This document shows positions 35,949 through 47,257 of a stretch of DNA of 58,364 nucleotides, piece after piece (within the stretch, counting starts at the first letter, position 1; each line of letters starts with the position of its first letter). Made by a program: the position numbers and the translations under genes. Below the pieces are notes generated by a model. The model had not been told where the DNA came from, made no database searches, and saw only the letters and a program-made list of their open reading frames with translations. This DNA is from Microseira sp. BLCC-F43 (GTDB lineage: Bacteria > Cyanobacteriota > Cyanobacteriia > Cyanobacteriales > Aerosakkonemataceae), in assembly GCF_041929235.1 (NCBI RefSeq), contig NZ_JBHFNP010000225.1:1-58364 (forward strand), in the 5' to 3' direction.

Positions 35949-38900
35949 TTACTGAATCGCTAGATCCGCTTTTTCTCGGTTTTGCTGCACTGGGATTTTA
36001 ATGCAAAACTCCGTTCCCTGTCCTAGAGTCGATTCGCACCAAAGCGCCCCGCCGTGTTTCTCGACTACAATTTGATAGGAAATTGACAAACCCAGTCCCG
36101 TCCCTTTACCCACAGGTTTGGTGGTGAAAAACGGGTCAAACAGTCGCGATTTCACTTCCTCTGGGATTCCAGACCCATTATCCCCAATCCGAATCAAGAC
36201 GCTTTCTCCTTGGAGTTCGGTCGTTATCCGAATACTTGGGTTAGGACAACTGCCATTACCCATGACCTCCTCAAGTGCATCGATTCCATTGCACAGAATA
36301 TTCATAAATACTTGATTGAGCTGACCTGGGTAGCACTCTACTCGCGGCAAATCCCCATAGTCTTTACTTATTGCAATACCAGGATCTTCAGTTCCTCCCT
36401 TGACTTTCCCTTGGGGACGCAGGCGATGTTGCAAGATTAACAGCGTGTTATCAATTCCTTCATGAATATCAACCGATTTGGTTTGCGCTTGGTCCAGGCG
36501 AGAGAAATTCCGCAAACTCAATACAATCTGGCGGATGCGTTCGGTTCCAACTTGCATTGAGGATAATATTTTCGACAAATCCTCCATGAGAAATTCCAGG
36601 TCAATTGCCCCGATCCGCTGTTGAATTTCACCCGCCGGTTTGGGATAGTACTTTTGATAAAGTTCCACCAATTCTAACAAGTCTTGCGTATATCGTTCGG
36701 CAAAGGCTAGGTTACCGTGGATAAAGTTGACGGGGTTGTTAATTTCGTGGGCAACACCAGCAACCAATTGACCCAAAGAAGACATTTTTTCCGTTTGAAT
36801 TAGTTGGGTTTGGGTTTGCTTGAGTTTATGCAAAGCTTGCTCTAGTTTTTGGGCTTGTTCTATGGCTCTTGCTTCCGATTGGCGCAGTGCTTTTTCTGCT
36901 CGTTCCCGTTCAATAACTCTCCCAAGTTGAGTGCCAATATTGGCGACAATTTCTAACAATTGTTCGTCAGGTTCTATCGCATCGGATGAGAAAAATTCCA
37001 GAACCGCTACCACTTCTGTCCCTACTAACACTGGGAAAGCAAAACCAGCTTTTACTCCCAGTTCTCCTGAGAGTTTCACTCTGGGAAAATCGGTGTATTG
37101 TTCCACCGCGTTGACATCGACGATCCATTGTGGTTGTTTGCTGCTGAAAACCCGACCAGGCAACCCGATTCCTGGGGCGAGGGGGGTGGCTTCGGTGATT
37201 TTGCGGAATGTCTGGAAGCGTTCTGGATCTTTGATGTTCCAAAGTTTTGTCGGGATTAATTCACCCGTTTCTGTGGGGATATAAACATGTCCGACGGGCC
37301 ATCCAGTATGATGGCAGATGCGTTCTAGACAGATTTGTAACGCGGCTTCGCTATTAGTGGCTTCGTTAGCAGCAGCAGTGACTGCTTGGAGTAATTTGAC
37401 GATTTTGTTTTTCTGCCGCAGTTCAGCTTGTGCTTGTTTGCGATCGCTTATCTCGCTTTCTAAAATTTGATTGGTCTGTTTGAGTGCAGCGGTGGCTTGT
37501 TCTAAGGCTTCTGCTTTATTTTGCGCTACAGAGGCAGCAGTGCGGGCTTGCTGGTAAAGTTCGGCTTGTTGAATCGCGATCGCTAACTGCATTGCCACCT
37601 GTTGCAGCAATTCTACCTCTGGCTGCTGCCAAACTCTCGTCCCCCGACACTCGTGAACGATTAGCAATCCCCAAAGTTTCTCCCCGATTAAAATCGGTAC
37701 GACGATGGTGGCTTGCACCTGCATCCGCCGCAATAACGCAGCATAGCAATTGGTGAAATTCTCCGTTGCCACATCGTTAACGATCCGTACCCTGCCCTTT
37801 TGGTACAGAGCGATATATTCCTTGAGAATACAATTATCTGTGACCAGCGATCGCGGCGATTGACCATTTTGGGCGATCGCGTCGCAGCTGGGGTTACTTG
37901 CCCGATCTACAATTGACCGCCAATTTCCCATTACTTCTTCGACAACGACTTTTCCTCCCCAGTCTGGATCGAACTGGTATATTACCGCCCGATCCGTATC
38001 GAGAAATTTTCTCACCTCCCCCACGGCTGTTTGTAAAATTGTTTTTAACTCCAGGGTGCTGCGAATTTGATCCCCAATCAGCCGCAGCAGCGATTCTCGT
38101 TCCATTGAAGCGCGAGTTTTGGCAAACAGACAAGCTTGTTGGATCGAAATCGCCAGTTGATTTGCCACTGCTTGGGCTAATTCTCGGTCGCTTTTTGACC
38201 AGTCGCGAATGTGGGAACACTGGTTTAAATATAAAATTGCGTGCAGTTTATCTTTCGTTTGCACTGGCACGACCAGCGAAGATTTGATCTGCGCTTTTTG
38301 GTATTCTTCGTTATCCGGACCAATCCGAGAGTCAGCCGCTATATCTGGAATCGCCACCATTTGACGATGTTGGATTACCCACTTGGTAATCGGTCCGTAG
38401 GGATGAAAATCTTCGATCGAAGGCGGAAAGGGTTCTCGACAAACTTCGTATAGGTGCTGGTGGTGGTACGCAAGGCGATGCATTGTTTCGCAGCAAGTAA
38501 CCGATTGTTGCCGATACGCCTTTGAATCCCCAGGGTCTTCCACCATATGCACCAGACAGCGGTCTACTCCCAACGCTTCTAACAGTTGCGCGATCGCGAA
38601 GGTTAATATCGTTTGCAGATCGAAACTCTGCCGCGTTTGGCTGGTGATTTGGTTCACCAGTTTCTCTCTGGCGATAATTTTTTGGGTTTGTGCTTCTACT
38701 TTTGTTTGACGAATAGCGATTTCCATCTGTTGAGCGATTAACTGCAAGAATTCAATTTCAGCCCTACCCCAACTCCGATTTTGCTCGCACCAGCAAGCAA
38801 TAATTCCTATACCCCCATCCGCTTGGGATGCTTCCCCAAGGTTCTCTATCCGCAAGGGAACCAATACTTTAGCATTGGCTTCCATTGCTTTTAATTTACC

Positions 38901-39371
38901 TTGCACCCCTCCAACCTCGGTTTTGCATTGGGCAATTGGCAACCGAGACAGCCATTTCGCCGCCTTACCCAACAGCGAACTGACACCAGTCCCGCTGTTA
39001 ATTATCAATTTACCCTGAGCGATCGCTACTCCATCCCCTCCAAACATTTCTACCGGATAATATCCTTTTTGTAAAGGCTGTTGATTACCCGTGACGCGAT
39101 CGCAGACTAATTGCACCTGTTTAGTACTATGAAAATACCACAAAAAACAACAATAATCTAGATGCAATAGGGTCGCAATTTGATCCACCACCGTTTGTAA
39201 AATCTCGCTGCTGCCAAATTCTATGCGATCTTTGGAGTTCCAAATTTTATCAACAACTTTTCGTAGCAGTACGCCCCGATTCAGCGGTTCTTGCAATTGG
39301 GAAACTTCCAGCTGTCTGCTGTCGTTGAAAATAGAATATAGCTTGCGTATAACAGAGTCATAGCTTAACAT
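35949..39371 (-). CDS. Multi-GAF-domain sensor histidine kinase.
   Basis: 1140 aa. Several GAF-like blocks are followed by the HisKA H-box [13 protein letters not shown] and a HATPase_c ([23 protein letters not shown]). Confidence 0.75.
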   Translation of the reverse strand: MLSYDSVIRKLYSIFNDSRQLEVSQLQEPLNRGVLLRKVVDKIWNSKDRIEFGSSEILQTVVDQIATLLHLDYCCFLWYFHSTKQVQLVCDRVTGNQQPLQKGYYPVEMFGGDGVAIAQGKLIINSGTGVSSLLGKAAKWLSRLPIAQCKTEVGGVQGKLKAMEANAKVLVPLRIENLGEASQADGGIGIIACWCEQNRSWGRAEIEFLQLIAQQMEIAIRQTKVEAQTQKIIAREKLVNQITSQTRQSFDLQTILTFAIAQLLEALGVDRCLVHMVEDPGDSKAYRQQSVTCCETMHRLAYHHQHLYEVCREPFPPSIEDFHPYGPITKWVIQHRQMVAIPDIAADSRIGPDNEEYQKAQIKSSLVVPVQTKDKLHAILYLNQCSHIRDWSKSDRELAQAVANQLAISIQQACLFAKTRASMERESLLRLIGDQIRSTLELKTILQTAVGEVRKFLDTDRAVIYQFDPDWGGKVVVEEVMGNWRSIVDRASNPSCDAIAQNGQSPRSLVTDNCILKEYIALYQKGRVRIVNDVATENFTNCYAALLRRMQVQATIVVPILIGEKLWGLLIVHECRGTRVWQQPEVELLQQVAMQLAIAIQQAELYQQARTAASVAQNKAEALEQATAALKQTNQILESEISDRKQAQAELRQKNKIVKLLQAVTAAANEATNSEAALQICLERICHHTGWPVGHVYIPTETGELIPTKLWNIKDPERFQTFRKITEATPLAPGIGLPGRVFSSKQPQWIVDVNAVEQYTDFPRVKLSGELGVKAGFAFPVLVGTEVVAVLEFFSSDAIEPDEQLLEIVANIGTQLGRVIERERAEKALRQSEARAIEQAQKLEQALHKLKQTQTQLIQTEKMSSLGQLVAGVAHEINNPVNFIHGNLAFAERYTQDLLELVELYQKYYPKPAGEIQQRIGAIDLEFLMEDLSKILSSMQVGTERIRQIVLSLRNFSRLDQAQTKSVDIHEGIDNTLLILQHRLRPQGKVKGGTEDPGIAISKDYGDLPRVECYPGQLNQVFMNILCNGIDALEEVMGNGSCPNPSIRITTELQGESVLIRIGDNGSGIPEEVKSRLFDPFFTTKPVGKGTGLGLSISYQIVVEKHGGALWCESTLGQGTEFCIKIPVQQNREKADLAIQ

Positions 39372-39480
39372 AGCTACACATTGACGATGAAGGATTATTT
39401 AATTTGCCAGGAACTTTGTAAACTTACATAATCATCTGAGAATTGAACGGCATCTTACAAGCCTGGTACGCCAAATTTAG

Positions 39481-41151
39481 CTAGAGAAGCAATTTCTCTC
39501 CCTTGTCCTCCTTGTCCCATCTATTGAGAGTTTCAGAACTTGCCGCACAGATTAAAGGTGACGCTGCACTGACCGATATTGCTTCTGCCTTCACACCCTG
39601 GCACAGGGGTATTTTAATCCAGAATTCTGTCCCCTGTCCTGGAGTAGATTCGCACCAAAGCGCGCCGCCATGTTTCTCCACCACAATTTGATAGGAAATC
39701 GACAAACCTAAGCCGGTTCCCTTGCCTAGCGGTTTGGTGGTAAAAAACGAATCAAATAGTCGCTGGCGCACTTCTTCGGTCATGCCAATGCCATTATCTG
39801 CGATCCGAATTAACGCGCTTTCTCCTACAACTGCGGTAATTATGCGAATCTTGGGGTTAGGGCAACTGCCATGGGCCATGCGATCTTCAATTGCATCGAT
39901 GGCATTGGCAATAGCATTCATCAACACTTGATTGATTTGTCCGGCGTAGCATTCCACCAAGGGCAAGTTGCCGTACTCTTTGATAACCTCAATTGCAGGA
40001 CGTTTATCTTTGGCTTTGAGTCTGGTGTGCAAAATCAGCAGAGTGCTATCAATCCCCTCATGCAAATTCACTAATTTCATCTCATTTTCGTCCATGCGGG
40101 AAAAACTCCGCAAGCTACGCACTATCTGACAAATGCGGTCTATTCCAACGGTCATCGAAGACAGCACTTGAGGCAAGTCTTGACTCAAAAATTCCAGGTC
40201 AATCGCTTCTATCTTGTCTTGAATTGCCTGATTGAATTGGGGATATTGCTCCTGATAAACGCGCACCAGTTCGAGCAAGTGTTGAACGTAATTAGTGGCA
40301 AAACTCAAATTACCGTGAACAAAACTGACTGGGTTGTTGATTTCGTGGGCGAGACTGGCGACAAGTTGTCCAAGACTGGAAATTCTTTCGCTATGAATCA
40401 GTTGAGCCTGAGTTTGTTTTAACTCTTGCAGCGCTTTTTGCAGTTTCTCCGCTTGGATTTTGGCAGCAGCAGTGGCTGCACAACTCTGACAATAGAGTTC
40501 AGCTCTCTGGATATCGAGGGCTAGCTGTTGCGCCTCATTTTCTTTTTGATACTGATTGACAACCGCATCTAAAGCTATCAGCAATTGTGTGGAAGCAGCA
40601 TCCTGAATGTAGCGCAGATGGGGATTATCCTGAGTTAGCTCTCTTGTATTTGCATCCGCCAAAGCTTTGACTTGAGCGATATAACTGCGGATCTGGTGGT
40701 CTAAGTTGAAGGGGAGTTCAAAGTACATCGCCAAGAGCGTCGCTGAGAGATGACCCGATAGTTTCAGCTTCTCGTCGCCGTTGAGCAGTCCGTTGTGCGA
40801 TGTTTCCATCAAATCGATATCGGCTAACAACTGGTGGCGCAACTTTTCCTGCTCGGCTTTATCTTGAGTACAGACCAGTCTCAGACACAACAAAGCCGTT
40901 CTTTGCGAAAGCATCCGCTGACGACCGCTGACATTGATTGCTGCGGCACTAATCTCTCTTTTGGTACTGATTTGATTGGGGTCGAAATTTGCAGCTAGAG
41001 CAAGCACGGGTGATAGCTCCAAACGTGACAGTCTACAGGTTCTAGTTTGAGTCAATGGTAGATGCAAGCGCGTAATGCCCCCCATTTCGCAAGCGCCAGA
41101 AAACAACTGGCTTTGACGTTTTGTCAAGCTTCCTCTAAAAAATTCAATCAA
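39481..41151 (-). CDS. Sensor histidine kinase, paralogous in its catalytic core to 35949..39371.
   Basis: H-box [19 protein letters not shown]-terminal HATPase almost identical to that of the upstream kinase ([28 protein letters not shown]). Confidence 0.75.
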   Translation of the reverse strand: MIEFFRGSLTKRQSQLFSGACEMGGITRLHLPLTQTRTCRLSRLELSPVLALAANFDPNQISTKREISAAAINVSGRQRMLSQRTALLCLRLVCTQDKAEQEKLRHQLLADIDLMETSHNGLLNGDEKLKLSGHLSATLLAMYFELPFNLDHQIRSYIAQVKALADANTRELTQDNPHLRYIQDAASTQLLIALDAVVNQYQKENEAQQLALDIQRAELYCQSCAATAAAKIQAEKLQKALQELKQTQAQLIHSERISSLGQLVASLAHEINNPVSFVHGNLSFATNYVQHLLELVRVYQEQYPQFNQAIQDKIEAIDLEFLSQDLPQVLSSMTVGIDRICQIVRSLRSFSRMDENEMKLVNLHEGIDSTLLILHTRLKAKDKRPAIEVIKEYGNLPLVECYAGQINQVLMNAIANAIDAIEDRMAHGSCPNPKIRIITAVVGESALIRIADNGIGMTEEVRQRLFDSFFTTKPLGKGTGLGLSISYQIVVEKHGGALWCESTPGQGTEFWIKIPLCQGVKAEAISVSAASPLICAASSETLNRWDKEDKGEKLLL

Positions 41152-41317
41152 GAAGCCTAAAAGTATTTTCTTGAGTCAATACTTAGACAGCTAACAAAAC
41201 GTTAAATTTAGATTCTTTTCAAATATGGGTCAAACGCGCCGCTGTTTTAGTAGTATTTCATACTAACTGCGACAATTTTGCAAAAGTATATATAATTTAG
41301 AGCTGGCAGTAATAGAA

Positions 41318-41376
41318 GGGCGGGCGGGACGCCCACCCCACAAGAGATTAATTTTGCTTGTGGGATGGGCGTCCCG
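41318..41376 (-). terminator. Strong GC-rich hairpin downstream of glmM.
   Basis: gggcgggacgcccaccccacaag-(loop)-cttgtgggatgggcgtcccgccc. A long near-perfect inverted repeat 36 bp past the glmM stop. Confidence 0.5.
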
Positions 41377-41411
41377 CCCGTCGCCTTGACTTATGACTTA
41401 TTACCGATTAG

Positions 41412-42896
41412 CTAGAGCAAGTATTTTTGGACGGCAAGTACTAAATTGTCAGCGCAGCGATCGGCAAGTTCTAAGCTGACGGCTTCAACCATAACCCGAA
41501 TCAGGGGTTCGGTGCCGGAAGCCCTGACCAGAACGCGACCCTCGTCGCCCATTGCGGTTTCTGCGTCTGCGATCGCTTTGTGTAGCGGTTCGCAGTTTTT
41601 CCAACCCAAGCGGACTTCCCGGTCTTCCACCCGCACGTTCTTTAACAGCTGGGGGTAAGTCTGGAAACTGCCATCCACCAGTTCCGCTAAAGACACGCCG
41701 CTGCGTTTCACCAGTGCTGCTAAATGCATTGCCGTCAGCAATCCATCGCCGCTGACGCCGTAATGGGGGCAGAGGATATGTCCGGATTGTTCGCCGCCCA
41801 ACATGGCGCCGTGTTGCAGCATGGCGGCGTGAACGTATTGATCCCCGACGGCAGTTCGCACCATCTGACCACCCAGTTTCTGCCACGCACGTTCAAAACC
41901 GAGGTTCGCCATTACGGTGGAAATAATTAGATTTCCCGGCAACTGTTGCGCGAAGGCCAAATTTTGACCCCAGAAATAGAGGATGTAATCTCCATCCACG
42001 ACGCGCCCGCAGCTATCTACCGCCATCACCCGGTCGGCATCGCCATCAAAGGCTAACCCCAGATCTGCCTTGTGGTGCTTGACAGCTTCTTTGAGGGAAT
42101 GGAGATGGGTCGATCCGCAATTGACATTGATGCGAGATCCATCGGGGCGATCGTGCAAGCAGATAACTTCTGCCCCCATTGCCTTAAATGCAGCTGGTGC
42201 CAGATGTACGGCGGCACCCCAAGCCAGATCTAAGACAATTCGCATTCCCCGCAGGTCTATTTCTCCCAGCAGCGGTTTGTGCAGCGATTCCAGGTATTCG
42301 CCAGTTAATTCGGCTCTTTGGTATTGGCGTCCCCAACAGCCGTTCAACATGGGAAAATCGGCGTTGCCTCTAATTCCAGCTTCAATTTTTTCCTGAATTG
42401 CCTGGGGTAGCTTGGTTCCATCCGCGCCAAAAAACTTAATGCCGTTATCCTCTGGGGGATTGTGAGAAGCAGAAATCATCACGCCCCCAATTGCCGGGGA
42501 AACGCTCGTCAGATAGGCGACGCAGGGCGTGGGGCAGATTCCCAAATGCCAAACTTCCAGTCCCGCTGCGGTCAACCCCGCTGACAGCGCCATTGCCAGC
42601 ATATCGCTAGAGTTTCTAGGGTCTTGGCCTACAATAACCGCGCCGGTAGCGCTGCCGTTACCAGATCGCAGCACTTGACCTGCCCAGAAACCAATTTGCA
42701 TTGCCAGGGGCGCGGAAAGCAAATCTCCCACCCGTCCGCGAATGCCATCGGTGCCAAATAAAGGCGTTGCTGGCAAATCGACTGAGTGCCAAACCGTACT
42801 GAAAGAAGTCTGTTTGATCGGATGTGCCGCAGGCGTCAAAGACAACGACGCTTCAGAAATGCCAGACAGTTGAGACTGGATCTGTGATGTAACCAT
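41412..42896 (-). CDS. glmM: Phosphoglucosamine mutase.
   Basis: [10 protein letters not shown] near the N-terminus, and the active-site serine loop [15 protein letters not shown]. Length and order are those of the phosphohexomutase family. Confidence 0.85.
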   Translation of the reverse strand: MVTSQIQSQLSGISEASLSLTPAAHPIKQTSFSTVWHSVDLPATPLFGTDGIRGRVGDLLSAPLAMQIGFWAGQVLRSGNGSATGAVIVGQDPRNSSDMLAMALSAGLTAAGLEVWHLGICPTPCVAYLTSVSPAIGGVMISASHNPPEDNGIKFFGADGTKLPQAIQEKIEAGIRGNADFPMLNGCWGRQYQRAELTGEYLESLHKPLLGEIDLRGMRIVLDLAWGAAVHLAPAAFKAMGAEVICLHDRPDGSRINVNCGSTHLHSLKEAVKHHKADLGLAFDGDADRVMAVDSCGRVVDGDYILYFWGQNLAFAQQLPGNLIISTVMANLGFERAWQKLGGQMVRTAVGDQYVHAAMLQHGAMLGGEQSGHILCPHYGVSGDGLLTAMHLAALVKRSGVSLAELVDGSFQTYPQLLKNVRVEDREVRLGWKNCEPLHKAIADAETAMGDEGRVLVRASGTEPLIRVMVEAVSLELADRCADNLVLAVQKYLL

Positions 42897-43100
42897 AATT
42901 AATCAACACTCCACACACGCTTTCTTGTGGACAATAGCACTTTCTTTAACTATTCCGCCCTAGTTTTAGATCGAGAGTTTGTCTCAGCTCCCTAGATTAC
43001 ACTACGTTAGACCAATAACCACTTGTCTTCCGTAAAGATACGGAAAAGTTGGGCGGAATTTTTTTAAAGATTGGGTGAATTGACAGTTTTCCGTTTGCCT

Positions 43101-43400
43101 CTAAACGCCCACCTCTGACAACAAAGGTTGGATCGTCTCCCAGGTTAGTCCTTGCTCGATGTAACGGGGTGCGGCGGGGTTATAGGGACTTGCTACCCGG
43201 TCGATAGAGATAATTGTGGCATCATCTGGCAAAACTGGCACATCCGGATCTTTCGCCGTCGGACGCATTAAAGAACTGGAAAAGCCTTTAAAAATAGCAA
43301 TTTGGTCGGCTTCGCCAAGGATTTCAACCGTCACAATTAGAACTTCGTGAGGACGCTTGGCGGTGTATCGTTCTAAACGCTGGGCTATTGAATAAGTCAT
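43101..43400 (-). CDS. Small conserved hypothetical protein (99 aa).
   Basis: Clean ORF in a typical intergenic context. No motif recognised. Confidence 0.4.
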   Translation of the reverse strand: MTYSIAQRLERYTAKRPHEVLIVTVEILGEADQIAIFKGFSSSLMRPTAKDPDVPVLPDDATIISIDRVASPYNPAAPRYIEQGLTWETIQPLLSEVGV

Positions 43401-43504
43401 TAGTCAATTGTGATTTGTCAGTTGTGTCGGGGCGGGTTGCACCAGCCATCGATGCCATCATCTACAGTTTATTTAAACCCGCCAAGAGTTGTTACTGACC
43501 AATT

Positions 43505-44101
43505 TTACTGTTCCATTGCCGAGCGTCCCTGTTTACCCAGCCGCACAAAAATAAAGTAGCTCAGGTAAAGGACGTAAATTATTAAGCCAACGATGCCGAG
43601 AAAGCCTAAAAACCCGGTGCTGTAACCGGCATGGAAAATTTCCTTGTAGCGCCAAGGTGGTTCTAGCCAAACGCGACAAGATGGTTGTTCGATCGCGCCT
43701 CCACCGAAGGCACAACCGAGGAAGAAGATTTGAGCCACAAAGCCAATCAGATTGTAAACTGTAACCGCCCAACGCCAGGATGTGAGAGCCAGTTTAAGCG
43801 ATCGCTGGGGCAGATCGTTGATTTCTTCGTTGATATCCGCCCAAAACCACAGGGAGGCGGGAATCAGGAGTCGCGCGATCGCCGCCGTGATAAAGCCAAT
43901 CTGCAATGACGCGATCAACAGGTATACCGTAATCAAAAGCAGGCTCGCCACTCGCCAGTAGATCGTTAACAGGCGTTGCACCGCTTCCGATCTTTTATAC
44001 AGTGCCCAGATTAGCAGAGTTAGGGGGATAAAAACTGTGAACAACAACGCCAGCCTATAATCCATCCAAACTAGCGGTTTAAACCAAACATTTTCTTCCA
44101 T
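43505..44101 (-). CDS. Hypothetical integral membrane protein (4-5 predicted TM helices).
   Basis: Hydrophobic segments LALLFTVFIPLTLLIWAL, VASLLLITVYLLIASLQIGFITAAIA, VYNLIGFVAQIFFLGCAFGGG and GFLGFLGIVGLIIYVLYLSYFIF. Confidence 0.45.
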   Translation of the reverse strand: MEENVWFKPLVWMDYRLALLFTVFIPLTLLIWALYKRSEAVQRLLTIYWRVASLLLITVYLLIASLQIGFITAAIARLLIPASLWFWADINEEINDLPQRSLKLALTSWRWAVTVYNLIGFVAQIFFLGCAFGGGAIEQPSCRVWLEPPWRYKEIFHAGYSTGFLGFLGIVGLIIYVLYLSYFIFVRLGKQGRSAMEQ

Positions 44102-44256
44102 AGATTGCTTCGAGCTGCTTTTTTTCTGGCTTTACCCGGTAGATAATTCAATTCCTATTTCAGTCTAATGATTTACTGCCAGGTTTTGAGGCAGCTTCTT
44201 AGGCCCTAATCGCCTCAATCGTAGACAGCGAGAGCTTTTGAGCCTAGTCATTATCT

Positions 44257-44942
44257 TTACCCGGTGCTTAAGCAGGCGGAGAACTTCCGCTCGTGCCATT
44301 TCCAGCGGTAGCCATCCGGGTCAAGTTGCGCGTACGCATCGGGGAAAGCATCACCCAATTTCTTCTTAAGTCCGCTCAACCAAACGGTTGATTTTCCCAC
44401 CCTGGATGCTGTGCCCTCTGCCTGTAAGCCACAAAGGTACGTCGTTAGAGTCAAGCGCTTGTTCCTGGGCAGAGGGTGCGCCGCCTTGGCAGAATTCCAG
44501 CACCAACTGTTTAAACAGCAGTTTCACCAGCGCCAGCAGCGCATCGCGATCGCGCCAAGCGAATCAGCGCGAATTTAACCTGCTGGCGGATGGAACCAGA
44601 CCTAGCAGCTTGAGTTTTTTGCTCGAGACCAGAAGCTATCGTGATACCCATTGAGTTACCCGATGCAATCAACGCGCGTTTCACCGCCGCCAAAGTTTCC
44701 GCACCTGTAGTTTTATCTGCCAGAATCGTTAGCAACCCGTGCATCAACTCATCCCGGTGATTCTTGTCAAGCTCCAGAAACTGCCGCAATATCTTGCCGA
44801 ATTTATTTCTCAAACTCTGGGGCGAGTTGGTTTCTACTTTCATGTGGACGAGTCGCCAAAGCGCTATCCTGCAAGCACCCGAACCGCTAATAAATTCTCC
44901 CTTTTTCTCTCCCTCACTCCTTTGATTTGGAGCCATCCCCAT
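44257..44942 (-). pseudogene. Possible frameshifted gene. Two adjacent minus-strand ORFs lie in different frames. Function unknown.
   Basis: ORFs 44511..44942 and 44257..44454 are separated by 56 bp with a frame change. No motif recognised. Confidence 0.2.
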
Positions 44943-45365
44943 TGCAGAATGAAACTTACGACACGAGATATGAGCTAGGGTTGGTTTACCGCTTTTTGTC
45001 CCTTGACGCTTAATTTTGATTATCGGTTGTCCATCAGAACCTAAAAACTGCTCAACCGGAAAAATCTGAACTAACCAGATTGCTTGGGTTAGTCATCCTG
45101 CGGTGAGATTCAAACCTTTCCCCTGTTCGACACACAACGAGACTATTAACTCAAGTTGCTAGTTATAAACTTTGGCGTTGCTAATTGCTAATTGCTAATC
45201 TTGGATTTTTAGCAATCTCGCCATTAGCCTCGTGACCCAGGCGGTCGCCTGGTCACGCCATTAGCCGCTCCCAGAGAGATAACTAGCAACTTGAGTTATT
45301 ATCAGGTGGTCAGCGTTGGCTGGTCAAATCGCCGTCGGGTTTATGGCTGCTTGATTCATATAGAC

Positions 45366-45455
45366 CAGGACTGACGCAAACACCAAAGTTTCTCTGAAAA
45401 ATCGTCGGGAAAGGAAACTAGAGATCTAGGTCGAAACTTTGGTGATAGGAACGCC
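45366..45455. repeat. CACCAAAGTTTC...GAAACTTTGGTG inverted-repeat (MITE-like) element.
   Basis: caccaaagtttctctgaaaaatcgtcgggaaaggaaactagagatctaggtcgaaactttggtgatagg. Related copies lie at 6590..6720, 15925..16025, 17880..17990 and 24975..25060 (inverted). Confidence 0.55.
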
Positions 45456-45692
45456 CTTGCGTAAGTCCTGTAGACATTAAAGGCGACAAAATCAAAGATG
45501 CAACATGATGGGACAGAAACGGGTGTGGCGAATCAGTTAGTTGAGCTGGGAGTTCCAAAACAAGATATCATGCTGGGGTATCATGCTCCCTATGCCCGGA
45601 AGCACACAGAGTTTGCCGTCGGCTGAGTCATCCAATTGGTCAATCCCACTATACCCTACAAATGTAAAACGCTTAATTTAGAAGGAAAAACC

Positions 45693-46451
45693 ATGACCAA
45701 AATTATTTCAATTCACTCCTATCGAGGTGGTACGGGCAAATCTAACACCACTGCTAATTTAGCCGCCACTGCTGCCTTATTAGGCAAGCGAGTCGCCTTA
45801 GTCGATACCGACATTCAATCTCCGGGTATCAACGTCCTTTTTGGCTTAAAAGACGACCAAATTAAGCGTACCCTCAACGATTATTTGTGGGGACGCTGCG
45901 AAATCAAAGACGCCGCCTATGATGTCAGCCACGTGCTTCAAGGTGCAGCGGGAAAAGAAGGCGGTAGCATTCATCTGATTCCCTCCAGCATGAAAAGCGA
46001 CGACATTGCCAAAGTTCTGAGTGAAGGCTACGATGTAGAGTTACTCCAAGAAGGGTTATACCAACTCAATGACCTGCTAAATTTAGACTATCTCTTCATC
46101 GATACGCACCCCGGAATTAACGAAGAAACCCTACTCTCAGTCGGCATTTCCGATACCTTAATTATTATCCTCCGTCCCGACCAACAAGACTATTTAGGAA
46201 CGGCAGTAGTAATTGAAGTTGCAGAAAATCTAGAAGTTCCCCAAATGTTGTTAGTGGTGAATAAAGTATTGCCAGACTTTGACCTCAAAGCGCTGCGGCA
46301 GAAAGTAGAAGAAACCTACAACAAACCCGTTGCAGGAATCATGCCGCTTTCCACTGAAATGATCCGCTTAGGCAGTCAGGGATTGTTTTCCTTGCAGCAT
46401 CCCAACCACGAGTTAACCGCTGAATATAAAGAGATTGTTTCTCATATTTAA
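45693..46451 (+). CDS. MinD/ParA-family P-loop ATPase.
   Basis: The deviant Walker A is SYRGGTGKSNTTANLAA, with the lysine at the position typical of MinD/ParA/Mrp proteins. Length ~250 aa. The start is set at MTKIISIH, which has the RBS GAAGGAAAAACC. Confidence 0.65.
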   Translation: MTKIISIHSYRGGTGKSNTTANLAATAALLGKRVALVDTDIQSPGINVLFGLKDDQIKRTLNDYLWGRCEIKDAAYDVSHVLQGAAGKEGGSIHLIPSSMKSDDIAKVLSEGYDVELLQEGLYQLNDLLNLDYLFIDTHPGINEETLLSVGISDTLIIILRPDQQDYLGTAVVIEVAENLEVPQMLLVVNKVLPDFDLKALRQKVEETYNKPVAGIMPLSTEMIRLGSQGLFSLQHPNHELTAEYKEIVSHI

Positions 46452-46480
46452 CCTTAGTAAAACCCGCCCCTAAGACCTCA

Positions 46481-46515
46481 GGCGTAGTTAGATACCCGAC
46501 TTATTAGAGAAGTCG
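46481..46515 (+). terminator. Hairpin downstream of the MinD-like gene.
   Basis: gatacccgacttattagagaagtcgggtatc is an inverted repeat 30 bp after the stop codon. Confidence 0.45.
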
Positions 46516-46553
46516 GGTATCTGGGTGTTATGTTTAGGACACGATCTAATTGA

Positions 46554-46964
46554 TTGATGATTATGAAAATTTTTGCTCTCAGACTCAAGCCCGAACAAGA
46601 TTTGAAAAAGAACCTGAAAAACTTTGTTGCTACTAACAAGATTCAGGCAGGATTTATCTTAACCGCTGTCGGCAGCCTCGCACAAGCAACAATTAGATTT
46701 GCTAACCAGAATGAAAGTCAAGTATTGTCAGGTAAATTCGAGATAGTTTCTCTCGTTGGCACTGTTTCAATAAACGGAATTCACTTACATATTTCCATCT
46801 CGGATTCTGAGGGGATAACCAGGGGAGGGCATTTAGATGATGGTTGTCTTATTTATACAACAGCTGAGATTGTAATCGGAGAAAACGAAACTCTAACTTT
46901 TTTGAGAGAGTTAGACGAGCAAACTGGCTATCAAGAATTAGAAATTATAACTAGAAATGAATAA
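46554..46964 (+). CDS. PPC/DUF296-domain protein (PCC DNA-binding-like domain).
   Basis: FEIVSLVGTVS..HLHISISD..G.TRGGHLDDGCLIYTTAEIVIGE fits the conserved PPC (DUF296) pattern found in plant AT-hook proteins and in prokaryotic homologs. Confidence 0.5.
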   Translation: MMIMKIFALRLKPEQDLKKNLKNFVATNKIQAGFILTAVGSLAQATIRFANQNESQVLSGKFEIVSLVGTVSINGIHLHISISDSEGITRGGHLDDGCLIYTTAEIVIGENETLTFLRELDEQTGYQELEIITRNE

Positions 46965-47257
46965 CTATAGATTCTAGAATCCCGGTTTCTTTGACAGGAC
47001 TTACGCAACCACAAGATGCGTACGCATCACCACCTAATAAACCATGTCTGCCAGCAGGTCACTACTAAAAATCTGATTTTTTCAAGTAGTCACCCCAGTT
47101 GCTAGTTATAAATTTAGAAGTTATAAAAGGCTTCGTCTTCGGTGTTTTTACGGAACGAATTTTGTTAAGCCAATCAAACATTCAGCAGTAGTTCTGAGGA
47201 TTTGGTTATCAGCCAAGGCTATCGTCATAACTAGCAACTTATCCATAAGTTACTTCT

